Shown: positions 13,701 to 25,300 of the stretch, one piece after another
Position numbering within the stretch: position 1 is the first letter of the stretch
How the letters are laid out: each line of letters begins with the position of its first letter
NCBI GenBank assembly: GCA_048013815.1
Contig: CM106586.1
Coordinates: 22,878,001-22,942,000, forward strand
Origin: Setoptus koraiensis
Lineage: Eukaryota; Animalia; Arthropoda
DNA length: 64,000 nt
Reading direction: 5' to 3'
Program-made: the position numbers and the translations under genes
Notes under the pieces: model-generated
Seen by the model: the letters and a program-made list of their open reading frames with translations, nothing else
Told to the model about the DNA's origin: nothing
Databases searched by the model: none

Positions 13701-16700
13701 CTAACTGGAATGTGCACCAAGAAGCAGTTATCATGGATCCTGATCAGTATGATAATGAAGATAGCTTCCCAGTTTACACTAGATCTGAGGATCAGGACAG
13801 CCCTCATAGAAGCCACAAGAGTAAGAAGTCTTCTTCTGACAGAAGAAGAAATCATCAAAGATGAAATCAATATAACAGAGAGACAGAGAGAGACAGAGAG
13901 ATGTACAGAATAAGAAACCAATCTAATGTACATATAACTGAACATAAATATCATCTTCATCATTACTACCATTGAAGCTATTTGCTGCCATTAGTAAAAT
14001 GAATAATAAAAAAGAGCTGTGTCTCAACTAATTTTTTCAACCATTAACAACAGTATTCCAAACAAAAGTCTATTTGATTGAAAGAGCGAAAGAAAGAAAG
14101 GATAGTCCTCCACAGGACATTATGAGAAAAAGTTTTGAGAGGATTCAATTCCAGCTCACTGAAAACCAGTTGAGCTAGTTGAGTTCTTTGTGGAGAGTCT
14201 ACTTACCATTAACAAACTGTTTTGATACAGAGCTAGCAGGTGATTTTTCTGATGAGTGCATGTTGTTGTTCCCATTATGAAGATGGTAATTTTGTTGTTG
14301 CTGAACCTGATTGTGATCAGGTTGTTCGTCTCCGTCGCTAGAAGCTCCGCCCTCTTGTTCCATAAGTTTCTCTAGCTCATATTCGGCCGAAGCTGTTACA
14401 GGATCTACATCATCATTCCTTCTATCATAGTCTTCAACGGCATGAGTACTGAATATTTTTATTGGATCATGACTGAACTTAACGGCCTTGTGTTTCGCAG
14501 GCGATGATGTTTGCCTTTGCTCTTGATGTTGTCGGTCATTGTCGAGGCACGCGCTTTTTGAAGAAGCCCATCTGTTAGTATTTGACTGATACCGATTATC
14601 ACACCATAATGATTGCTCTTCATCTTCATCATCTGTAGGTGGTAGACCAGATACTTCAGTGTAATAATGTCCATCGGAAAGAATGTGATATTCAACATTA
14701 TCGACTACGACACTACCGCATTCAGTTAGAGCGCCATCAGTTACAAGTGAAGAAGATTTTGTACCCTCACTATTGTATCCAGATAGTTTTTCTAACTGTT
14801 GATGGCTTGAATCTGCACCATCCTCTCCTCTATTCGACTGACCACAACCATCATGATTAACTGCAGGTTCGCAGCTTTTTGAACTCTGTGAGTTCGAACT
14901 ACTTGAGGTATCCTCGCTAGCTAAGCTATGATCATTAGAGCTAGTTGTAGCAGCTTGTTGTCGGACAGTACCATTATTACTGCAGTTGTTATTCGCGTCA
15001 TTAAGTATATCATGTTTCTTATCTTGTGTACACGAAAGTTGTTGTAGCTGTTGCTTCTCTTGCTCATTAACCCACATCTTGCTATTTTTTAGTGTCGATG
15101 GAGTCGTTGATAAACCGGCTTCGTCTTCTATTTTGCAATGCTTCAACTGAATTGCAATATCAACATCACTTTCATCCTGTTTACATTGACTGTCTGCTAG
15201 ACTAGTTGAATTTCTAACTGCAACTTTATTGTTGTGATCCTCTTTGCTATTTAGCCTAGATGCATCAGACTCTACTGAAGTGGCAGTGGATGTAGTGGAT
15301 TTTTTAAAGCCTCTATTGTGAACAGTTACAGTAAAATCTTTAGGCATGGTTGTCGGAGAATCAGCATAATTGTTTTCCAAATCTGTCTGCTCTTTTGTAG
15401 ATTTGTTAGTTTCCAGCGATTCATGGAAATTCGCCTCGGGAGTTGACCAAGATTTCCTACTCAATAACTTTTGTGCCTCCTCTTCTGTCATCATCTCAAC
15501 GTCCTGAAAACATTTGTCGAAGTCTAACGTATCAGGAATTCCACTAATGTCACAGCTGCTCAAGTCTTGTATGTCATTTTCGTGTCCGTTTCTTGTGGTC
15601 AGATCTTGTTGAGCATCATCGGCGATCTTGAGCACTATCTTATCGATAAGATCTTTCGTAGGAGGCAAATTGTTGGTAGATTTAGACAAATCTGCTTCGG
15701 TTTGTTGTTCAGACAAAACAGTTACATTACATCCCTTGTCATTTGTAAGATTTCTAGTCGCTAGTTTGCTGTTTGTGGCAGGGTTTCTTGATGAGGCGTT
15801 AGAATTTTGGCTAGTTACACCGCTTCTAGGCACTGGACGTGGATGTGGTGTCGATTGAGGTGATCTAACTGCTGACATAGATACCTGTGTTTGCTTCAAA
15901 GAAGCTGTAGTTTCATTGGCATTGGTCGTATTATTGTCACTGACTGAATTTGATTTATTGCCTCTGATGCCGACATTACTGCCGACATTAGATGGCGCTG
16001 AATGAGCCGGGGCCATTCTTGAGGATGGTAAACTGGATGATGCATTCGATCTGGCGTTAGACGAGGAGAATGTACGAGAAGGTGACTTGTTGCTCGTTGG
16101 GGATGTATTTGTCATACAACTTGTGTTAATATTATCAGTAGAATTATTTATATGTGAGCTATTCCCGGAGCGTGACACAGGTTGTGCATATCGACCACGC
16201 ACGTTGCTAGGCGGGGATATTTTTGTGCTAGTTTTTGATGCACCATTTGATGAGGCAGTGACAGTTGATTTGTTTGTATCATTACTAGATAAGCGTTCGA
16301 ACACAGCCTTGGCACTGTTGAATCTTGACACTCTACTGGCCGTCCTATTAAGGCCTCTGCCGCTGGTAGCTAAACTTGTGTTAGAGGATGTGTTAGAGGA
16401 TCCAGTGCGATCAATAGATGGTGATCGCCTGCTATTACTTTTGTTGATTTCTTTTGTCGGAGTTGTCCTCGTTGAATCATTCTCGTTGGGGCTCGACATC
16501 TTTGCACCTTGATTCGATGTTAGAGACGCACCTCTTTGTGAAGTTGGCGGATTCGATCGCAATCTGTTTGACGAAGTTGCCATTTGTTTCACAGGTGTTC
16601 TATTTGGACTGTTCTTCACCTGGGATGAAGAGGATATCAAGGGAGAAGAGAGGTTCTTACTGGGCAAGCTATTAGCTTTTGTTTTCTTCTGCGTGTTTGT

Positions 16701-17534
16701 TACCACAACAATTGCTGCTGATGATTGACCAGAGGAAGATAATGAATTTGATGATGTCGATGACGATAATGATGAAGAGGAGGCTGATGATCTGATAGTA
16801 ATAGAGTGTGGTGAAATCTTTTTTGGAGTATCGCCATCATTTTGCCTCCTTGAATCTGCCGAGGGTTCATTTGTTTGACCGCTGGCAGTCCAGTTATTGA
16901 GGCTGAGTGATGAATTAGTTAATTGACTTGAGGACGGTTCTGAAGGTCTACGCTTTGTAACCGAGTTTGAAGTAGTTGATGATGATAGTGCGGATGAATG
17001 ATTTGTACTAATGGTTCGCGCTGACTGAATCCTCGATTGTTGTTGTACAAAAGATGATTTGGCCGGACTAGTAGTAGCACTACCACTATTAGTTTGCATG
17101 TTATTTCCTGATATTGCACGTTGCTGACTGTTACCATTTAAAAAAGATGTCGATGCAGAGATAGGTTTCCCATTTGTGCCTTTAATAGCAGACTGAACTT
17201 TAATTGAGGAATTAGGATTAAGCGATTGAAATATATTTGCAATAGCGCTAACCTTGGTGCCAAGACGTCTAGCCGAGTTACTACTGCTGCATGTATTAAT
17301 TGGATTCTTGCATTTTTTATTGCTATTGATTAGTGTCGATGATTTGTGTTTAATATTTATCTGTTTCTTATCTAAAATAATGATGTCATCTACTATATTC
17401 TGGTTAGTATCAGTTGAGCCGTCTGCATGAATTTGTTCAATTAGATCATTTTGATCAGTTTTGTTTGATTCGCAAACTTCTTGTTCATCTATTTGGTCTG
17501 AATTAGCATTAGCTTTGTCATAGCTCGAGGCCAT
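4789..17534 (-). CDS. Spn: Neurabin/Spinophilin-like PP1 regulatory subunit; exons 17534-14207, 6820-5237, 5141-4789 (about 1754 aa)
   Basis: Contains actin-binding-like [13 protein letters not shown], RVxF-type KAVKF followed by [29 protein letters not shown], a coiled coil [20 protein letters not shown] and a C-terminal SAM ([18 protein letters not shown]...). Both GT-AG introns (14206-6821, 5236-5142) are phase 1-1, and the summed length of 5265 nt is divisible by 3. Confidence 0.88.
9117..13864 (+). CDS. Nested gene: Shot-type CH2 fragment fused to a Papillote-like ZP-N transmembrane protein; exons 9117-9275, 9412(or 9415)-10715, 11932-13864 (about 1131 aa)
   Basis: Donor ATG|GTAAGT at 9276 joins a TAG/CAG tandem acceptor (phase 0). 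Donor AT|GTAAGT at 10716 joins acceptor ACAG at 11931 (phase 2). Domains in order: CH2 ([29 protein letters not shown]), hydrophobic segment [22 protein letters not shown] ([30 protein letters not shown]), polyPro, TM ([18 protein letters not shown], then KRR), long Thr/Asp/His-rich tail. Exon 1 is the least certain part. Confidence 0.78.
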
Positions 17535-18662
17535 TGTGAATGTATTCCAGATCGATTACGAAAGTGACCTCTCATTTTGAGTTGGACACTGTAAATTGCT
17601 TAGCTTGTTTAGTGAAGCAATCAATTGTGTTAGTAGTTGCTTATTGATTTCCGCTCCTCGTGACATATAAAATAGTATGCATATATAACAATTGTATAGT
17701 CTACTTTAGCAGCATTTAAATTTGATTAGAAAAAATATTATGTTGATTGTATCGTAAAAGAATATTGGCTGACAGTTATGTAAGGTGCACAGTTAAAAAC
17801 TTTGTAACTGTGTCTAGATGAACGGTTTAATATCGTTGACTTAAAATCAATAGCTGTGACATAAATTAAGTGCAACACAGTTGAATGTTGCAAAACAAAA
17901 GAAGAGGAATATAAATTTCGGTGAATACAGTTGTGATAATCTATGCCTGCATTGCTGTTATAAGCTGTAAGATACACCTCGTTGCTGTTGGTTCGATATT
18001 ACTATTGAACAGCTGAATGCTTTCTTGATATTTTCCTTCTGTTATCAACATTTTGAGTACATTTATTCACACATGTGATGATATAATAAATCTTATTGGA
18101 GAGTGAGAGACCAGTTATTATTATTCACAATAGTAATCAACTATCAAGTTGTGTGCATATGTGGCTGTGACACATTGACTGACTGACTGATTATTATCAT
18201 TAATTAAAATTTTGCTCAAGATTGTAATGACCTAGACTGTATGATATCACAGAGACAACTATAATGCTATTATTTGTTGGTTTGGTGATCTTTGATGTTA
18301 TCAACCGCAATCGGTTTACTATGTTATGTGATTGCTGTCAGTGGTGAATAGTATCGGCGCAAACAAGTAAATGGTTGCTGTTACTTATTTTGAAAATTGG
18401 ACTTTCCTCAAACTGATAATCGGGCTTATGATGCAATGTATATCTCGCATAGATATAAATATATATCTCTGTATATAACATTCCTTATACTATACAGCGT
18501 TAATATTAATATTATTCTTATGGTGATAGCTAGAAGTGTGACGGCTTTTTTCTTGGCCTCTCTCCTTACTCGAAGCTCATTCTTAGTGGACGGCCGAGTT
18601 TGGTCCAAGCCCATCGTTTTTTCTTTCTTTCTTCGTTCTTTTGCTTATTTATTATGGTGTGA

Positions 18663-18746
18663 GTGTGTGTGTGTGTGTGTGTTTGTTTGTGTGTGTGTGC
18701 GTGTGTGTGTGTCTGTGTGTGTGTGCGTGTGTGTGCCTGTGTGTGT
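18663..18746. repeat. Imperfect (GT)n microsatellite
   Basis: Directly visible dinucleotide run. Confidence 0.95.
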
Positions 18747-18905
18747 ATTAGTTAATGGAGTGATTGCACAAGTGGTAGTGGCAGTGGTGGTGGCGCTGGT
18801 TGTTGTATGCGTGTATGTTTCGACCTCGATTAGAGAGTTCTATTTCTCGACGGTTCTCTCTCCGGAGAGCAAGGGAGATAATCTTGCCTGTATGTGTGCA
18901 TTTGT

Positions 18906-19405
18906 NNNNNNNNNNNNNNNNNNNNNNNNNNNNNNNNNNNNNNNNNNNNNNNNNNNNNNNNNNNNNNNNNNNNNNNNNNNNNNNNNNNNNNNNNNNNNNN
19001 NNNNNNNNNNNNNNNNNNNNNNNNNNNNNNNNNNNNNNNNNNNNNNNNNNNNNNNNNNNNNNNNNNNNNNNNNNNNNNNNNNNNNNNNNNNNNNNNNNNN
19101 NNNNNNNNNNNNNNNNNNNNNNNNNNNNNNNNNNNNNNNNNNNNNNNNNNNNNNNNNNNNNNNNNNNNNNNNNNNNNNNNNNNNNNNNNNNNNNNNNNNN
19201 NNNNNNNNNNNNNNNNNNNNNNNNNNNNNNNNNNNNNNNNNNNNNNNNNNNNNNNNNNNNNNNNNNNNNNNNNNNNNNNNNNNNNNNNNNNNNNNNNNNN
19301 NNNNNNNNNNNNNNNNNNNNNNNNNNNNNNNNNNNNNNNNNNNNNNNNNNNNNNNNNNNNNNNNNNNNNNNNNNNNNNNNNNNNNNNNNNNNNNNNNNNN
19401 NNNNN
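18906..19405. other. Assembly gap (500 N)
   Basis: Run of exactly 500 N. Confidence 0.99.
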
Positions 19406-19781
19406 GTTAGAGGATGCGCGAAGCCACTAATAAACAATGCTTGCTGTTACTGGTTGGACATCTATTGAAAAGTGTGGCGTTCGATGGCGCAGGCAGACTA
19501 GTTTGCACATAATGTCCCGTTGTGTCGCACAGTGCGTGTGTGTGCTTTATGGTAAGACCGTTGAGGGTAGACTCTTGCACTGCCCCGCAGCTTGCGCAAG
19601 CTCGGCACCGCCGAGTCTATAGTAGATGGAGAGAGTTATTTCCATTTATGACACCAATGGAAGTGCAGTCATAAATGCAATGTGTGTGTGTGTTTGTTTG
19701 TGCAGTTGCATCAGACGAACGCGCCCAATGTGTATTCTAGCGTGTGTTTGTGTGCATAAATTGATTCTCTTTTCGGTGCCA

Positions 19782-19783
<2 letters not shown>

Positions 19784-19839
<56 letters not shown>

Positions 19840-19857
19840 TGTGCGTGTGTGTGTGCG
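19784..19857. repeat. (GT)n microsatellite
   Basis: Directly visible dinucleotide run. Confidence 0.95.
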
Positions 19858-21501
19858 TTTGTGCGTTGCATCATATAGAGTGGACGGGCTCGAAAATACG
19901 ATCTATCTGAAACGCTCTATGCACCATACCTTTCGCACATACTCTTGCAGCGTGTGCTCTAGGGGCCGCGCACAGAATTGGCCCCAAAATTGTGCGAAGT
20001 GTTGTTGCTGGCTGGCGAGCAGAACAAAGTTGGACCTGCCGCATTCGACGATTCGCTCGCTCCCTCTGGCGATCTTGCCATGAATGTCTGGTCGAAACGA
20101 GAGGCCGTGTCCCAGACAGTTATAGATGTGAGGCCACGTTTCTTCTCGACTTATTGCAAATCAGTCGCATCGACGTTGCACACAATTTTCTGTCTGTGCC
20201 TGATTTGATTTGCTCAAAATTCACACTCTCTCAGTATAGAGCTGGCCGATTTCTTTTTCTCTCTCTCTCTCTCTCTGTTTGCTCGATTCTGTCAGCTCAG
20301 CTCGCGAACCGCCAACTATTCAGGGGTATTTGTGCCATATGAATTATATGAAGTATCCGATAAAATTCACTCTCAGCTCCGTCTAAGTTTGTGCGTGTGC
20401 GTGTGTGTGTGTGCGCAAAAGAAGCCCATGTGCGGTCCGGTCCCCTCAAACTAGAATATCTGTGGCTGAAATGTGTGTGCAATACTGCGCAAAAGATACG
20501 AAAGATCGTTCATGCGCGTCTGGCCTATCTATATCCGTTATATTATAGAGAGCGGCCGCTATGGATAGGCCGCTTCTTCTGTGTGTAGCTTTGCTCACAG
20601 TGTGCATGTGTATGTGTGTGTGTGTCTTGACAAAGAATAACCAACCTATCGCCTCTTTCGCCACACACACACACACAGCCTGTGTCACACAAGCCCGTAC
20701 AAATTCGCCGGAATTCGGGATGCTGCTTGTGTTCATGCGTTTGACGTAGATGACATAGTGCCATTATGTCGTTTTCTGCATAAAGTCTGCCTCTCTCTCT
20801 CTCTGGCTGGGCATTGTGTCATGCGAACCCTCATTAAGCAACTGTTTCTATTTTGAGCCACCAACTATACGTTGTGCGGCCAAACCATTGTGTGCCGACA
20901 CAATTAACCGGGCACGCTGTGGCACAAGCGGCTAGAGAGCGACAGACTGTTGTTGCCGAAGCGGTTGGCTCGGTTGACCAATTTGAGCATACTGACGGTG
21001 AGTGTGCAGTGCATAACTGTTTAAGTGGAAACGTTAGGCGCGCATACACCGACACAATGTGGCCGCTAAAGGACCCCACCATTTGTCGTCTGTTGATGAC
21101 TGAAAAACCAAGAATTCAAATAGATCATATACCACGTACCACGGACCTGTTTCATACGGCTCTAAATTCTGAGCTCTGTACTCAACCTGGCGACAAAGCG
21201 TGTTGTACATGTATTTGTATGAGCAGTGTGTTTGTGTATGGCGATGTTCATGGCGGCGTTCGCGACAAGCGGGACACGCCAGTAAACAGATTGAAAGTCA
21301 GACACAGTGACTGGATTTTCCATGATGATCAATGATAGATTGCCTTTGCCTCAACCTCAAGACAAACAGATTATACCTCGACATCAAAGCACCCCCTCCA
21401 CCTCGACACACAATACTCACAAGCACCCGTTGCTTGTTAATTTAGGTAGCGAACTAGACCATGTATCGCAACTTCATCCAAAATTCCACACACACTTCCC
21501 T

Positions 21502-21516
21502 ACACACACACACACA

Positions 21517-21554
<38 letters not shown>

Positions 21555-21558
21555 CACA

Positions 21559-21591
<33 letters not shown>
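21502..21591. repeat. (CA)n microsatellite
   Basis: Directly visible dinucleotide run with a few interruptions. Confidence 0.95.
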
Positions 21592-21592
<1 letters not shown>

Positions 21593-22276
21593 ATGAGAAA
21601 TAATAGGGCTGACTACACCTATTGACTTGGCATGACTGCTATATATCAGTTATTAGTGTGATAAGTTTTATATAGTAGGTAGAGAACATCATAGAGAGGA
21701 CTCTAGTGTTGATTTATACGAGTAATTATAACATGTTATATTAACATATAATGATGTTGCAGACACTCTAAAATGGTATCATATCTGCACTAGTAATTAA
21801 CCTGGTTTAGTGGACAATAGTGCTTGTTATGTCGTAAGGGTACCCTCAATATGTGGTCAGATGTGATCACAATAGTTAGAATCATATATTTCGTTATGAC
21901 CAGCACAAAGTGTCGTCTTTGTAATGATCGTCTGTTGTGCATCAATATGTGCGATATTGGTTTGCACGTATTGCGTAATATATGTTGTTGTGATTGTGAT
22001 TTAGTCGGAGTAGTTTGTAATTCCACCCAACACACTCACGCACACACACACTCACACACATGAACACACGCACACACACTAACACATAGATATATATGCC
22101 GGTTATACTGCACACCATGGTCCCTTGCCAATTGACTAGCATCGCCAGTACTACTTCTAATACTAATCGTTATATATTGTTGTGGATAAAGACAAAGCCT
22201 GCTAGCTACAAATTTGGCATACGCAATGTTTTATGTTACATCATGAATGAAAACAAGTGAAAATTGTGCGTGTGTG

Positions 22277-22316
<40 letters not shown>

Positions 22317-25300
22317 ACGGCGAGGCGAGGGGAAGGGAGATTTGATTCCATTAGGATGATCCAGAGAACACACATAGTTCAGCGCTCAAATTTGTTTATT
22401 GTGTATGTGGTTAGTTTGAGTTTATTTGTACTGGGTAAGTTTTTACCAAAGTGAAAGGTATGGCACAGTCAAGTAGTACCCGTTGGAAAAATTCCAAGTG
22501 AGTTATGGTTACACAAGCACCCCACAAGTTTGCCCAGTACAAAATAGCACACACAAACACGTGCACGGAGAGCCGAGATAAGGTTCGAACAAACAACAAC
22601 AAAATTGTTGTATAGGTGCTGGGCTCTTGGGCCGCCTAATTTTGGATTGATGACAGTGACGCTCGTTGAGAGCAAGAGAAAATGAGCTATATGAGCCAAC
22701 CACTCACATGTTGTTATACACATATCTGGTGTCGTTTGTACACAACATCCGGATGAGATCAGCCAAACAAATACAACAATTGTTACTAGAACCATTGAAA
22801 GCCAACTGGCCCCAGTTCGGTCAAGTGTCCTCTGGTCTTGTTTCGCGGTCGTTGAAGGCGTCGCTTATTATACTATATAAACATTGTGTGTCTGTATGTC
22901 AGATGAATGGCAATTCTATCGGACATCATCAGTGGGAGAGTAATGATGAATGATGATGACACCAATGATTATTGCTGACTTGAAACTCATCAGTTTAATT
23001 CTGTTCATATGATTAAACCCGTTCGCCGTTTGATTAAATTGAGGCGCAATTGGGCGCGTGGCGGCCTCTTTGCCCACGCACAATCTTAACCATGTCGTCT
23101 AACTTGTCAATAAATCTAATGCCAAAGATGACAATCATACATACATGTAATCGTGACATTACATCACAAACACACACACGCGCACACATTTTACACTGAA
23201 ATGAATAATCTCATTTGTAATAAGCTCGCTCTCTCTATAAACGTATCATATAACCAAGTTGTGTTGCCATGGTGCAATACTGCAAGCTCACTCTATATCT
23301 GACCTCAATCGAACTACTACTACTAGCCCATTGAGATTGCTGCTCTATCCTGGCCGGTCCTCGAGTCGCTGTGACAAATAGACAGGTGCTAGATGCTGCA
23401 TGGGCAGGCCCCAAACCGCTACTGGCGCGAGTCGGTGCAATGGATTACGTAACTAGAGCAGCAGCAACTGCAGCGCCATCTGACATCCGCCGCTTTAAAT
23501 GTGTTTGGCCAGCTAGCAGTTGTTTGGTTGGTTATGTGTATTTATGACAGTGAATATGGTTACAACACGGAGCCCACGCAAATACACACGATTACAAAAT
23601 GCGCTAGCGTTTGAATGCGAAGCGTTCACAGTCTTGTTTTCTTTATATAGTACATGTACGCTGTCTGTATTGATATAATACGTGACTGTACGTGTTATTA
23701 TACTCTACTTCTACCAACAACAACATACAGTACGGCATCAATACCGCCTATCATGAATATATATATATATACATATATACGCCTTCATCTCTAGCAACAA
23801 TACCATGGCAGTGTTTCACATAAATTTCACTAACACTCTTATGTCGCTGTTGCTGGCCGGGTTGGCCAGCGTGGTGGTTTATTGTAAGCTATACTAACAA
23901 CTAACAGGCTATTGTGCTGTTGTGTGATATGGTGTGCTAGTAGCCGGGCAAGATTGGACATTCAATAATACCGTTCAATTCCTTTCAGCTAGTTAGCGAT
24001 ACACAAGGCCAGCCTGCTCCTACAATTGAGTGGCAATAAACGCCAATCAATTTAGCTTGTAGTGGAAGGAGAGGAGTCCCGCACAACAGATATGGTAGTT
24101 GTGTGATCGATTGTGTAAACAGCTTGTTGGTTTTGTTGTAAACTTACAAACTTTGGGCCATCATTGCCATTGACGTATGTATTTGTTCAAACAAACCAAC
24201 ACATTAGTGTTAATGTACGCTTTGATGACGTAATGCCTCGCCGTATTGCTTGATGGAACAATAGGAATTTCATAGACAAACAACAACGAACTGGCTATTG
24301 AGGCATTTCTTTTTGTCCCAATCAACCATAGTTCATCATATCAATGAATGGGAGAGAGAGGGGGGGGCACATGGACGAGCAAAATGGAAGATAAAACAAC
24401 ATTCAATCTTATAGTGTGCTCTATGACGAATACATTTATACCTGTGCGATTCTTTATGAGTGTGTTCACAAGCTACTGAACTCACGACACTTAATCTACA
24501 ATGGAATCAATCTATTTGAATGCATTAGTTTTTTAATTTGTCATTCAAAGTTCTTTTGCCCAATCGTGTACTGGTTAATGTACTGGTGACACTCGATCAC
24601 GATGTACCCGACATACTGATTGCATACAAAACTGAAACGAAACAAATAATTGAGTCCAGACAATGTAAGAGCAAGTGTGTCAATATCGAACCATGGCTAC
24701 CATTTTGGGGCCAGATTAAACAAGTCAATAGAGCAATTTGCTCGGTAGAATCGTTGTATCTGCATGATAAGTAGCTCCAGATTTATAAAAAGAAATGACT
24801 TTTTTTCCAAATTTAAATATAGTATAAAGTCAATGGACGATCAACGAGAACATTCGATCAATTTTTGTTGACATGACGCGTCATGACGCAGATGGTTAGG
24901 GCATCTCTCACCGAAGGCGTGAATAATATGCTTCATGTCAATATTATAATATCTAAGATAAATATCTCGTTGTTTATGGTTCATCATTCCGAATAGTAGG
25001 AAGAATTCTCGGATTTTCCTTTATCTTTTTTATAGTTTTTTATAACTACAAATAAACTGGTGTAAACTTGAATATATCAACGCATATAGTACAACGCAGA
25101 CGCAGAGATTAGGTGTAATATGATTACAAATACGAGCGACTTGGTGTTTTGTTAGCGTAAGAATTTTCGACAATCCATTTCACTCTTCTAAGTTTGAGTG
25201 GTTCGATTATTTACTCAACACTCTGGGCTCGAGGCTAGTTCTGAAGCCCACAGTTTGTTTTTGAGACCGTTGCCTTAGAATGCGCGCGCGTGTAGTCGAG

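Noticed and set aside
18397-19468. Several long ORFs across gap 2
   Set aside because: Made of N and (GT)n translation; not coding evidence.
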